Counted from the first letter of the stretch, positions 18,531 through 28,150 are shown. The stretch is 32,000 nt of DNA from Phycisphaera mikurensis NBRC 102666 (GCF_000284115.1 NC_017080.1:2370001-2402000), one strand, 5' to 3'. Numbers and translations are program-made. Notes: a model not told the origin generated them from the sequence alone.

Positions 18531-19543
18531 GCCGCCTCCTCCCACCCCGCAGGCGGACCGGCTTCACGCTCATCGAGTTGCTGACGTCGATCTTCCTGAT
18601 CAGCCTGATCCTGGGGATCTCCTTCCCCTTCCTCCGCTCCACGGTGCGGTCCAGCAGCATCGACATGGCCGTCGGCCAGGTGAACAGCGGCGTTGCCGCC
18701 GCCCGGGTCTACGCCACCCGCACCCGCCCCTTCCTCACCGCCCGCCGCGTGGGCGCCTCGGTCCGCACCGCCTCCGCCAACGGCGACGGCTTCAGCGGCG
18801 CGATCTGCCTGTTCACGCCCGCCGGCGCCCTCCGCGTCCTGGAGAACGACGAGAACGCCCGCGACAACCGGCTGCCCACCGGTGACGGCTGGCTGGAGAT
18901 GCAGTCGCCGCCGCTGAACGGCTACCGGGCCGTGGAGGGCCTCGACGAGATCCGCCTCCCGGGCCGGGCGATGTGCCTGGGCATCGTGCGCACCGGCGGC
19001 GGGCCCTACGAAGTGCAACTCGTTCCTCCGCCCTTCGCCATCCGCTTCTCGGCCGGGGGCACGCTCTCGATGGGCCAGGATCTGTCCGGCTTCAGCCCCT
19101 TCAGCGGCGACGATGATTTCCGCTACGTCTTCGTCAGCGCCGACGAGACGGTCGCCCGCCCCACCGGAACCGGCTCCTCCGCCCTGCTCGCCCCGGCACT
19201 GCAGTACGACGTCGACGAAGACCGCACGCGGCTGGCCGGCGGTTTGATCGACCTCGACGACTTCGGCCGCGGCGGCACCGAACGCAGCGACAGCGGGCGG
19301 ATCTCGCTGCCTTTCTCGGTGATAGAGACGGTTTCCGGCGTCCTGATCCTCGATCCCGATCAGGTGCCCGAGTCGTTCGCCCACCCGGGCACGGGCACGG
19401 CGACCGACACCGACTTCGAGATCGACCGCGTGAGCGCGTACGACCCCGACGAGAGCGCCGCGATCCTCCACTGGGCCACCGACTCCTCCGTCGGCCGGGT
19501 CCTGCTCTTCAACCGCACCACCGGACAGGACCTGACCCGATGA
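18527..19543 (+). CDS. Prepilin-type N-terminal domain protein, enlarged minor pseudopilin in the GspH position
   Basis: The N-terminus is RRRTG|FTLIELLTSIFLISLILGI. The start overlaps the upstream stop (ATGA). I recognise nothing in the rest of the protein. Confidence 0.75.
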   Translation: MSRLLPPRRRTGFTLIELLTSIFLISLILGISFPFLRSTVRSSSIDMAVGQVNSGVAAARVYATRTRPFLTARRVGASVRTASANGDGFSGAICLFTPAGALRVLENDENARDNRLPTGDGWLEMQSPPLNGYRAVEGLDEIRLPGRAMCLGIVRTGGGPYEVQLVPPPFAIRFSAGGTLSMGQDLSGFSPFSGDDDFRYVFVSADETVARPTGTGSSALLAPALQYDVDEDRTRLAGGLIDLDDFGRGGTERSDSGRISLPFSVIETVSGVLILDPDQVPESFAHPGTGTATDTDFEIDRVSAYDPDESAAILHWATDSSVGRVLLFNRTTGQDLTR

Positions 19544-20616
19544 GCCTGCCCCGCCGCCCCGCCGCCGACCGCCGCCGCCGCCGCGCCTTCACCCTCACCG
19601 AGGTGCTGATCGCGCTGGGGATCCTCGCCATCGGCCTGGTCTCGGTCGCCTCGCTCTTCCCCGCCGGCCTGCTGATGCAGAAAGAGGCCGTCGACGCCAC
19701 GCTCCGGCAGAGCCACATCCGCTCGATGGACGCGATCCTCACCGGGATGAACCTCGACAACGGGGTGTTGCTCCGCTTCACGGAACTGGTGGAGAGCGGC
19801 GGGTCGGCTGCTGCGGCTTCGCGTTCGGCCGCGGGCGTGAAGGATCCAATCTTCGACGTCTTCGCGGTCGCCGAAGTCGATAGCACGATCGACGGCAGTT
19901 CCAGCCCTCCCTCGGACGTCGCCAACACAACCGACGTCGATGGCGCGACGCCCAACGGCTCGATGACCGCGGCATCGGAGTACGAGGCTGAAGATTCTTA
20001 CCTCGCGAGCTTTCCGCTTGGCTCTCGCTGCTTGCCCACAGCCACGCCCCCAGCTCCTCCGCCGTCGCCGGTTCCAGCTGGCTACGACCCCAACTACGCC
20101 TTCCGCGAGGTCTACTGGGTGCCGCTGATCCGCCGCGGCCTGGAAGCCAGCGAGCTCTACGCCGATTGGTCCGTCTACGCCTTCGTGCTCCAGCCACCGG
20201 GTGACCTCCGCGACAGTGGCGGCTATGCCTTCGGCAGCTACCCGAGCTACTTCACCGACGAGGTCTGCGCCAACCCGTACGACCCTTCCTACTTCCCGAA
20301 GGTGTTCCGCCTCGAGGTGGAGAACGTGCCCGACGACGAGAGCGAAGCGGAATTCAAGGACCCCGCCATCCTCAACATGGCCGCCCACGTGAAGGTCGGC
20401 GACCCCGTGCTCGGCGACAACGGGACCATCTACACGATCACCCGCGTCTCCGGCCGCGTCGTCGGCCTCAACGCCGACCGCAACTACCTGCCGCTGAACC
20501 AGCGCGACCTGCGGGCGCTCTGGCTCGCCCCCACCCTCGACGGCGGCGACAACAGCCCCGTCGCGGAGGTCCGCTTGCTGAGCAACGCGGTCGTCCGCGT
20601 CAACAGCAGCCTCTGA
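19540..20616 (+). CDS. Prepilin-type N-terminal domain protein, enlarged minor pseudopilin in the GspI position
   Basis: The N-terminus RRRRRA|FTLTEVLIALGILAIGLVSVASLFP is the GspI-style FTLxEVLxAL helix. The start overlaps the upstream stop (ATGA). Confidence 0.75.
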   Translation: MSLPRRPAADRRRRRAFTLTEVLIALGILAIGLVSVASLFPAGLLMQKEAVDATLRQSHIRSMDAILTGMNLDNGVLLRFTELVESGGSAAAASRSAAGVKDPIFDVFAVAEVDSTIDGSSSPPSDVANTTDVDGATPNGSMTAASEYEAEDSYLASFPLGSRCLPTATPPAPPPSPVPAGYDPNYAFREVYWVPLIRRGLEASELYADWSVYAFVLQPPGDLRDSGGYAFGSYPSYFTDEVCANPYDPSYFPKVFRLEVENVPDDESEAEFKDPAILNMAAHVKVGDPVLGDNGTIYTITRVSGRVVGLNADRNYLPLNQRDLRALWLAPTLDGGDNSPVAEVRLLSNAVVRVNSSL

Positions 20617-20633
20617 TCCCCCGGGAACCCGTC

Positions 20634-22532
20634 ATGCCTTCCGCACCTCTTCACCGCCGGGCCGCCGCTTTCACGCTCATCGAGCTGCTGGTCGCGATCT
20701 CGGTGCTGTCCCTGATGATCCTGCTCGCGAACCGCGTCTTCCTCGACGCCCGCAGGCTGGTGTCCCGCGGGATGGAGACCAGCCAAATCATCGCCTCCGA
20801 GCGAGCGATCTCCGATCCGCTCCTGAAGGACGCCCGGGCGATGCACGTCGCGGAGTCCGGCCAGGGCAACAACACGCCGGGGTTCCTGCTGATCGTGCAG
20901 GATCTGATCGTGCCAAGCGCAGCCGGACCGACGCCCTCGGGGATCCGCTTCCCTCCGCCAGAAGGAGATGTCGGCGGGGTAGAGGATTGGAGCCGCGATC
21001 AAGATGGTGACGGCAACCTCGACATTAACGACGCGGTGCGAAGCGATCAGCTTGTCTTCTTCAGGGATGCGAAGAATCTGGATTCGCTGACCCCAGGCGC
21101 TGACGGAACATCCGACTCCTTGGCGAGCGTGAAGACCGCACGGGTCTGGTACGGGCACACCAGCCCCAGGGTGACGGGTTCATCGCTTGATCCTGGCAGG
21201 CCCGGCAACGACATCGCCAACGACCTCGTCCTCGGCCGGCAAGCGTTGCTTCTCGTGGAGCAGACCGCAGCGACGAGCTACCCAGACGGCACTGCGGGAG
21301 ATGTCTCGCCTCAGCCTTCGCCGAACACCGACAACCGATTCGCTCAAGATCGTGGCACCACAACGGTCGATCAAGAGCTCTCCGAAGGAACGCACGACGT
21401 CTTCTCTCTGGCCGTGGGCTACGAGCCGCAGGCAGGATTCACCGTCACCACGTACGACGACGGCGGCGGAATCCCGTCAACGGGCCCAGCGCTCTTTCGC
21501 TCACCCGGCTGGCAGGACCCCGCTTCTCTGACCCCTCCAGGATCGCACAGCTACTTCGAGCGCTTCCTTGTGCGAAACAACGCTGGTCTGGCGACCGCCC
21601 CAGCCGCGAACCAGCCGGTTGGAGGCTTCGCATCCCCCAGCAGCTGGCCGGCGGATGCGCGGCTCCCCACGGCCGATTACGCGGCAGCCGCCTTGGAGTG
21701 GGCGTTCGCTCGCAACAATGCAGCAGACGGGAACCACCGACTTCAGACCGACGTCTCGCTTCGCGACGACTTCTCGGCAGGCATCTTCACACGCGACCAG
21801 ATCGCCTCGCTGCACGCGGCGTTCTTGCCCCACGTCGCTGATTTTGCGGTTGACTTCGCAGCAGATTTCGTCGACGAACTAAGCATCGACGCGGCGACAG
21901 GCGTCACGACGGGTTCGGCAGCATCGCCGGATCCTGATGGCCTGCCCGACCTTGAGCCCGATCGAGATCTCAGCGGGAACATCAAGTGGTACACCGGCAC
22001 GTACCCGAACCCCGACGAGAACAGCTACCCAGGCGGGGTACGCACCGCTGGCGCCGATGGCCTTGGCGACGTCCGGCTGGATCGACCAGTGACCTGGCCC
22101 GTCCCTGACCTCCCCCCCGCGCTGCGCCCGCAGGACCTCGGCACGCCTGCCGTGCAGATCAGCGCTCCTGCAGGCATCTCAACCTTCGATGGCTCGGGAT
22201 CCGGCACTCTCAGCGGGAACCCCTTTCTGTACGTGATTCCGCCGTTTTCGACGCTGCTCAGCGACTTCTTGCCGCCCACAAACTGGCCGCGAGTCGTTTT
22301 CATCTTTGCCCACAGCGGCGACGACCCCGAGACCGACGCAAGCACACACAGCTCCAGCGAAAACGTCATCGAGGGCAGCGGCAAGTACTGGCCGTACCTC
22401 CTCCGCGTCCGCTACCGCCTGATGGACGGACGCGGCAAGTACCGCTCGATCGATCCCGTCTCCGGCGAGCCTGTCGTGGGCCGCTGGTTCGAGCAGATCA
22501 TCCCCGTGCCGCGCCCCACCGGCACCTTCTGA
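20634..22532 (+). CDS. Prepilin-type N-terminal domain protein, very large minor pseudopilin in the GspJ position
   Basis: The N-terminus is RRAAA|FTLIELLVAISVLSLMILL. The 632-aa protein has a DQDGDGNLDIND Ca-binding-like loop. Its central part has visibly lower third-position GC. Confidence 0.75.
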   Translation: MPSAPLHRRAAAFTLIELLVAISVLSLMILLANRVFLDARRLVSRGMETSQIIASERAISDPLLKDARAMHVAESGQGNNTPGFLLIVQDLIVPSAAGPTPSGIRFPPPEGDVGGVEDWSRDQDGDGNLDINDAVRSDQLVFFRDAKNLDSLTPGADGTSDSLASVKTARVWYGHTSPRVTGSSLDPGRPGNDIANDLVLGRQALLLVEQTAATSYPDGTAGDVSPQPSPNTDNRFAQDRGTTTVDQELSEGTHDVFSLAVGYEPQAGFTVTTYDDGGGIPSTGPALFRSPGWQDPASLTPPGSHSYFERFLVRNNAGLATAPAANQPVGGFASPSSWPADARLPTADYAAAALEWAFARNNAADGNHRLQTDVSLRDDFSAGIFTRDQIASLHAAFLPHVADFAVDFAADFVDELSIDAATGVTTGSAASPDPDGLPDLEPDRDLSGNIKWYTGTYPNPDENSYPGGVRTAGADGLGDVRLDRPVTWPVPDLPPALRPQDLGTPAVQISAPAGISTFDGSGSGTLSGNPFLYVIPPFSTLLSDFLPPTNWPRVVFIFAHSGDDPETDASTHSSSENVIEGSGKYWPYLLRVRYRLMDGRGKYRSIDPVSGEPVVGRWFEQIIPVPRPTGTF

Positions 22533-22544
22533 AGCGAGTTTCTC

Positions 22545-25500
22545 ATGAACCCCTCCTTCACCCCCACCGCATCCCGCACGCCGCGAGCCCGGACCGCCGG
22601 CCGCCGCGGCTCCGCCCTGCTGCTCGCCGTCATCATCGTCGTCCTCATGACGATGATGGGCGCCGCGTACCTCCAGGTCGCCCGCACCGACCGGCGCACC
22701 AGCGTCGACGTCGACACCCGGGCCGACGTCGACAACAGCTCGATCCTCCGCTACATCGCCCTCGAGCTCGCGGGCGACGTGCCCGTGGAGGTCGGCGCGA
22801 CCGAGCCCGAGCCTTACGACTTCCCGTGGACGCGCAGCGTCGCGCCGGCCTCCCTGCCCGCGAACGACCGCTGGGTGGTGCTGGATCGCTTCGCGCCGAC
22901 CACGGTGCCGGGCCCGCAGCCGGACTTCAACTCCGAGAACAACAACCAGCCGGCGCGCCCGCCGCGGGCGGACGGGAACCTGAACGACGCCGCGGGCAAC
23001 CTCTACGCCGTGTCCGGCCCCGGCGACGACACCTGGCTCGCATCCACCGAGCCGGTGTTCACCGGCCCCAACGCCGGCAGCTGGCCGCACCTCACGAACC
23101 TGATGGGGATCTACCTGGACCTCCAGCCGGGTTCGCTCATCACCGACGCCGACGGCAACATCTACCCGCGGCAGTACCTGTCCACCGCCGACGACCTTAA
23201 CAACAGCGGCGACACCGGGGTCGACCTTGGTTTCATGCAGACTGACCTGCTCGCCGCGACGGGCGTCAACAAGGGTTCCCGCTTCGCCGACGCCGACGGC
23301 GACGGCATCGCCGACAGCCGCTGGACGTGGGCGCCGCTGCCCTCCGACGGCGGGCTGGCGTACGTCATGGCCGTCCGCATCGTCGACAACTCGGCGCTGG
23401 TGAACCTCAACGCCTGGACTTCCCCGGGGCTGCCGAACACCGACGACGGCGCCCGCTGGAACTGGCCGGGCGAGCTGAGCCTGGAGCTGTCGACCGACGC
23501 GCTGATCGCCCGCGCCGGCGGCGGCGCCGGGCCGCACGGCTTCGACGGCCAGGTGCTCACCGACGGCACCGCGCGCGACATGGCCGGCAGCAACCGCGAG
23601 CAGCGCTACGAGAACTGGCTCACCACCACGAGCACCCGCGGCGGCAACCCCGGGAACCTCGGCGATTACGAGACCATCGGGCCCTACCTCGAGCGGGAGG
23701 CGACGCCGGCGGTGGCGGGCGGACCGGAGAACCTTGGCCCGATCACCGGCGACGACGAGAGCCTCCCCGTGCGTGTGGAGGAGGTCGAGCTCCGCTGGAA
23801 GAACGGCCTGGACCGCAGCGACGACGGGATCGTGCCCAACGCGGGCACCCCGCTGGAGGACCTGCGGACGGCGCTCTTCCGCGCCGGCAAGCCGGCCGCG
23901 GAAGCCGACTACGCCGACTCGGGGTACACCTCGCTGCAGGCCTTCTTCGAGAACGAGCCCCGCAAGCAGATGACCGTGGTCAGCGGCTCGAGCAACGCCG
24001 CCCGCCGCAACCTGAACACCGCCGACCTCGGCGAGATCGCCAGCGCGTTCACCGGCCCGCTGTCGTACGGCGGCGGCACGCCCCGCAAGCCCGCGCTCTT
24101 CGACGCCGCCGGCTGGGAAGACTACTTCGCCAGCGGCGACGCCAACGCCGACTTCAACGACGCGGCGGAGGCCTTCGGCAACCAGTTCGCGGCGCTGGTC
24201 GAGGACTTCAAGGACGACGACAGCCACTTTACGCTCGTCAACAACGCCTACGGCATGGAGCGGGTCCCGGTGATCTCCGAGGTCTGGTCGCAGGCCCGCT
24301 ACCAGGCCACCGACGTCACCGCCGACCCCGGCCCGCCCGCCGAGGACCTCGTCGACTGGACCTACCAGGACCACGCCGTCGTCATCGAGCTGGTGAACCC
24401 CTGGCCGGTGCCGACCGTGGTGACCGGCGTCGAGCTGGTGGTCGGCGACGAGAGCTGGGGCGAACTCGACGCGCTGCTGGCCAAGGACGTGATGGACGGG
24501 CACGAGATCGCGGTGATCCGCCGCCCCGACGCCCTCGCTGGTGCCGCCGGGCCCGCGCAAGCGCCGATCACCGCCGCCGGCGTCGACTCCGACCACGCCA
24601 AAACGCCCGCCCCCGACGACTTCCGGATCTCGCCGGCGGGCCCGCTGGAGGCCTTCGACATCACCCTCGTCGCGGAGGACAACGACGGCAACGAGGTGCC
24701 TTACCAGCGGCTCGCCGTCCTGAGCTTCCCCGAGGAGGTGCTCGACGAGCGCTTCGCCACCGGCGGCGTCACCCTCGGCGAGACCCGCTACCGCTTCGCC
24801 CGGCGCGTCGGCACCGCCAACGGCCTCAACGCGCTCGCGGCCCGCAGCGTGGACTTCAGCACCGAGGTCCCGACGCCGGTTCCCACGGGCACCGTCCCGC
24901 CGACGAACACCGTCTTCGTGCCCGCCGGCAACGCACCCGGCGACCAGTTCGGGACCGCGTCCAAGAGCGTGACCTCGGGCGCCACGGACGTCTCCGGCCC
25001 CCTCGCCGACCTCGACAACCGCGTCGCGGACGTGCCCGACCTCGACACCGCCGCGGCGCCGGGCCAGGAGCCCTGGACGATCGGCGACGTGGGCCGGCTG
25101 ACGCGGACCGGCGACATCCTCCGCCTCGTCTTCGTCGGCCCCCGGCCGACGACCGGCGACGTGGAGCCCATCGCGGAGGCCTGGATCCGCTCGCGGCTCG
25201 CGGCGGGGAGCTCCTCCACCGCGCTCCAGCTGGCCGACCGCATGATCGACCTCGCCGGCACCGAGTTCGTCGCGGCGGGCGCCGACGCGCCCGACAGCAT
25301 CAACTTCGCCGCGTCCTGGCTGCAGCGCTTCACCACCGACGTGCCCGCGAGGACGTCCCTGGTCCCCGGGCGGATCAACCTCAACACCGCCCCCGAGCGG
25401 GTGATCGCCTCGGCCCTGCCGATGCCCGGCGCGGCCGAGCGGGACGCCATCGCCGCCCGCGTCGTCGCGGCCCGGGAGAACCCCTCGGTGCTCGGCGCCA

Positions 25501-25919
25501 CGACCAACCGCAGCGGCCGCATCGGCCTCTCCGCGACCGGCGAGCTCGCCGGCGACGCCGGCGTCTTCCTGAACGCCACGACGAACAACGCCCAGCTCGC
25601 GGACTTCAACGAGGCGGAGCTCGAACCGCTCGCCGGCGCGTGGCAGAACGCCGGCCTCGACCGGGGCGACCCCGCGGACGACGGCTACCTGCAGGACCGC
25701 GAGGAGCGGGACCGCCTGATGAACTACCTCAACCAGGTGGCCTCGACGCGGTCGGACATCTTCACGGCCTACGTGCTGGTGCGTGCCTACCCGGTGGCGG
25801 ACTTCTCGGCGGCCCCCGTCGACGAGTACCGCCTCCTGGCGGTCTTCGATCGCTCGACCGTCAGCGGCAGCAACCCGCTGGCCCGCCTGCTGGGCGTGGT
25901 AAAGCTCGACGACGACTGA
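22545..25919 (+). CDS. Giant GspK/PilX-like pseudopilus tip protein (1124 aa)
   Basis: The N-terminus RRGSALLLAVIIVVLMTMMGAAYLQVARTD is a GspK/PilX-type helix without Glu+5. It has a DADGDGIADSRW loop and two (N/I)LNTA helix-hairpin-helix-like motifs (RRNLNTADLGEIA, GRINLNTAPERVIASALPMPG), as in the GspK family. The opposite-strand 1248-aa ORF is a Gly/Arg/Val-rich shadow. Confidence 0.75.
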   Translation: MNPSFTPTASRTPRARTAGRRGSALLLAVIIVVLMTMMGAAYLQVARTDRRTSVDVDTRADVDNSSILRYIALELAGDVPVEVGATEPEPYDFPWTRSVAPASLPANDRWVVLDRFAPTTVPGPQPDFNSENNNQPARPPRADGNLNDAAGNLYAVSGPGDDTWLASTEPVFTGPNAGSWPHLTNLMGIYLDLQPGSLITDADGNIYPRQYLSTADDLNNSGDTGVDLGFMQTDLLAATGVNKGSRFADADGDGIADSRWTWAPLPSDGGLAYVMAVRIVDNSALVNLNAWTSPGLPNTDDGARWNWPGELSLELSTDALIARAGGGAGPHGFDGQVLTDGTARDMAGSNREQRYENWLTTTSTRGGNPGNLGDYETIGPYLEREATPAVAGGPENLGPITGDDESLPVRVEEVELRWKNGLDRSDDGIVPNAGTPLEDLRTALFRAGKPAAEADYADSGYTSLQAFFENEPRKQMTVVSGSSNAARRNLNTADLGEIASAFTGPLSYGGGTPRKPALFDAAGWEDYFASGDANADFNDAAEAFGNQFAALVEDFKDDDSHFTLVNNAYGMERVPVISEVWSQARYQATDVTADPGPPAEDLVDWTYQDHAVVIELVNPWPVPTVVTGVELVVGDESWGELDALLAKDVMDGHEIAVIRRPDALAGAAGPAQAPITAAGVDSDHAKTPAPDDFRISPAGPLEAFDITLVAEDNDGNEVPYQRLAVLSFPEEVLDERFATGGVTLGETRYRFARRVGTANGLNALAARSVDFSTEVPTPVPTGTVPPTNTVFVPAGNAPGDQFGTASKSVTSGATDVSGPLADLDNRVADVPDLDTAAAPGQEPWTIGDVGRLTRTGDILRLVFVGPRPTTGDVEPIAEAWIRSRLAAGSSSTALQLADRMIDLAGTEFVAAGADAPDSINFAASWLQRFTTDVPARTSLVPGRINLNTAPERVIASALPMPGAAERDAIAARVVAARENPSVLGATTNRSGRIGLSATGELAGDAGVFLNATTNNAQLADFNEAELEPLAGAWQNAGLDRGDPADDGYLQDREERDRLMNYLNQVASTRSDIFTAYVLVRAYPVADFSAAPVDEYRLLAVFDRSTVSGSNPLARLLGVVKLDDD

Positions 25920-25984
25920 GCCCATGCTCCCCCGTGGCCGCCGAGCGACGCGACCCAGCGGGAGCGGCGCTCTAGCTTCGCGGC

Positions 25985-26407
25985 ATGACGATCTTCGAAC
26001 GCATCATCACGGGCGAGCTGTCCTGTCACCGGCTCCACGAGGACGAGGAAACCTTCGCCTTCCTCGACAACGGTCCGATCGTGGAGGGGCACGCTCTGCT
26101 GATCCCCAGAACCCCGGCGGCGACGCTGGACGAGCTGAGCCCCGAGGCGGGGGCGAGACTCGGGAGCGTGCTGCCGCGGCTGGCGCGGGCGCTCAAGGAG
26201 GCGACCGGCTGCGGGGGGATGAACGTCCTGCTCAACAGCGGCGCCGAGGCCGGGCAGGAGGTGCCGCACCTGCACTTCCACCTGATCCCGCGGCGGGCGG
26301 GCGACGGCGACCACGGCGGGCCGATGCGGCGCTGGAGGCCGGGCTCGCTGGACCACGAGAGAGCAACGCTGCTCGCGACGAGAGTGCGCGAGGCGATGCA
26401 GGCGTAG
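25985..26407 (+). CDS. HIT family (histidine triad) nucleotide hydrolase
   Basis: The histidine triad HLHFHLIPR is present, with a HINT-like N-terminus (IFERIITGEL) and a length of 140 aa. Confidence 0.88.
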   Translation: MTIFERIITGELSCHRLHEDEETFAFLDNGPIVEGHALLIPRTPAATLDELSPEAGARLGSVLPRLARALKEATGCGGMNVLLNSGAEAGQEVPHLHFHLIPRRAGDGDHGGPMRRWRPGSLDHERATLLATRVREAMQA

Positions 26408-26513
26408 ATCCGAACCACCGCCCGGACGTGCCGCCGCGGGCGGCAGCGTTGCGGGTTGACAACGCGTGCGGGTCGTTGGACCTCGGCGCACCGCGTCGCG
26501 CGATGGCGCTCGC

Positions 26514-27101
26514 CTAAGCCGGATCGGCGTGGTTGCCGCGGGCGGCGGCGTCGGCGAGACCGGCGGGCGCCGGCGTCTCGACCACGCCGACGCCGGCCAG
26601 CCGCCGCTGGAAGGAACGCTCGCCGCGCGCCAGCGCCGCCTCCAGGCCCGAGATCATCCGCGTGTGGTACTTCCCGGGCAGCGGCTGAAAGCGGCGCGGC
26701 GGGCCGGCCTCGCGGAAGACGCTCGCGTCGACGCCGTCGGGCTCGGGCAGCCGATCGACCACGGCGGGGTCGACGGCGACCGCGTCGCACGCGAGCAGGA
26801 GCAGCCAGCCGGGGCCGGCCTGCGCCTCGCGGTGCCGCAGGCCCGCGAGCAGGCCGGCCAGCGGGCCGGCCCCGGCATGCTCGGTCGGGTCGGTGATCGT
26901 CGGCAGGCCCCACGCGTCGAAGGCACCCGCCGCGCGAGCGACCGCGAAGGGTCGCGGATCCGCGGACCGTGCGATGAAACGCCGCGAAACGGCCACGGTC
27001 CGCGGGAGCCCGCCGCCGGCGTCGGCGAAGGCCTTGTCGCCGCCGAAGCGGCGGCTTCGGCCGCCGGCGAGCACGCAGATCCAGGAGGGCTCCGGCGTCA
27101 C
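26514..27101 (-). CDS. mobA: Molybdenum cofactor guanylyltransferase
   Basis: The N-terminal nucleotide-binding motif is VLAGGRSRRFGGDKA. At 195 aa it is typical in size, and its GTG start overlaps the moaC/moaB stop (GTGA). Confidence 0.85.
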   Translation of the reverse strand: MTPEPSWICVLAGGRSRRFGGDKAFADAGGGLPRTVAVSRRFIARSADPRPFAVARAAGAFDAWGLPTITDPTEHAGAGPLAGLLAGLRHREAQAGPGWLLLLACDAVAVDPAVVDRLPEPDGVDASVFREAGPPRRFQPLPGKYHTRMISGLEAALARGERSFQRRLAGVGVVETPAPAGLADAAARGNHADPA

Positions 27102-28150
27102 ACCCGGCCGTGCCCGGGGTGGGACGCGGCGGCGGCCGGCCCCTGGAGCGTCGCGATCGCGTGGGGCAGCACGTCGGCGAGCGCCTCCAGCGTCTCCACC
27201 GCGCCCTTGGGCGAGCCGGGCAGGTTCACGACGAGCGTCGGACCGGCCACGCCCGCGATCCCACGGGAGAGCACCGCCAGCGGGAAGGAGGCGCAGCAGC
27301 GGGCCCGCGCCAGCTCCATCAGCGCCGGCGCCGGCCGATCGACGACGGCGGCGGTGGCCTCGGGCGTGAGGTCCCGCGCCGCCAGGCCCGTGCCGCCGGT
27401 GGTCAGCAGCAGGTCCGGCTCCTCCGCGAGCAGGTCACGCAGCGCCCGCTCGACCGCCTCCCGCCCGTCCGCGGTCGACGCCGTCCGCACCACCGCCCCG
27501 GCCCCGAGCATCCGCTCGGCCGCCGACGCGACCGCCGGGCCGCCGAGGTCCTCCCGCTCGCCCGCCGCCACGCCGTCGCTCACGGTCAGCACCGCGACCT
27601 CGGCCGATGCCGAGCCGGACCCGCGGACCGTTGCCGCCTCCGCCGCTTCCGGCTCGCGTTCCGCGGTGCCGAAGTCGCCGCTGCGCCCGCCGGACTTCGC
27701 GAGCAGCCGCACCTCCTGGATCCGGCAGTCCCGCTCGATCGCCTTGCCCATGTCGATCACGGTGAGCGCCGCCGCCGTCGCGCAGGTGAACGCCTCCATC
27801 TCCACGCCCGTCTTCCAGACCGTCGTCACCGTCGCCTCGATGCCCACCTCGCCGGCGGGCTCGTCGAGAGCGAGCGTGACCTCCACGCCGTCGATCGGCA
27901 GCGGGTGGCACAGCGGGATGAGGTCGGCCGTCCGCTTCGCCGCCGCGATGCCGGCGAGCTGCGCGGTGCCCAGCACGTCGCCCTTGCTCACCTCGTTCGC
28001 GGAGATCGCGCGGGCGAGGGCGGGACCCACCGCGACCACCGCCCGCACCGTGGCGGAGCGTGGCGTGAGCGGCTTGCCGCCCGCGTCCACCATGCGGACG
28101 CCGCCGGGACCGGTGTGGGTGAAGCCTCGCTCTTGGTCGGTCTCCGGCAT
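27098..28150 (-). CDS. moaC: Bifunctional cyclic pyranopterin monophosphate synthase MoaC / MoaB(Mog)-like molybdopterin-binding protein fusion
   Basis: The N-terminal half is MoaC (LTPRSATVRAVV, AKRTADLIPLCHPLPI, KTGVEMEAFT). The C-terminal half is a MoaB/MogA domain (VLTVSDG, LLLTTGGTGLAARDLTPEA, NLPGSPKGA). Confidence 0.88.
   Translation of the reverse strand: MPETDQERGFTHTGPGGVRMVDAGGKPLTPRSATVRAVVAVGPALARAISANEVSKGDVLGTAQLAGIAAAKRTADLIPLCHPLPIDGVEVTLALDEPAGEVGIEATVTTVWKTGVEMEAFTCATAAALTVIDMGKAIERDCRIQEVRLLAKSGGRSGDFGTAEREPEAAEAATVRGSGSASAEVAVLTVSDGVAAGEREDLGGPAVASAAERMLGAGAVVRTASTADGREAVERALRDLLAEEPDLLLTTGGTGLAARDLTPEATAAVVDRPAPALMELARARCCASFPLAVLSRGIAGVAGPTLVVNLPGSPKGAVETLEALADVLPHAIATLQGPAAAASHPGHGRV

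Noticed and set aside
22108-22120. C7 homopolymer inside the J-position pseudopilin gene as a slipped-strand phase-variation tract
   Set aside because: Short C/G runs are expected by chance at this base composition. Similar G6-G7 runs occur in non-coding repeats, and nothing in a single sequence shows length variation.
22179-25925. 1248-aa minus-strand ORF opposite the GspK-like gene
   Set aside because: It has shadow-ORF composition (Gly/Arg/Val/Ala/Asp runs, no motifs). The plus-strand product has a recognisable GspK/PilX N-terminus and LNTA motifs and sits in operon context.
26429-26445. Hairpin TGCCGCC-GCG-GGCGGCA between the convergent HIT and mobA genes as a bidirectional terminator
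   Set aside because: It has a 7-bp stem with a 3-nt loop and no flanking T/A tracts. It is plausible but indistinguishable from the background GC-rich palindromes that are common in this window.
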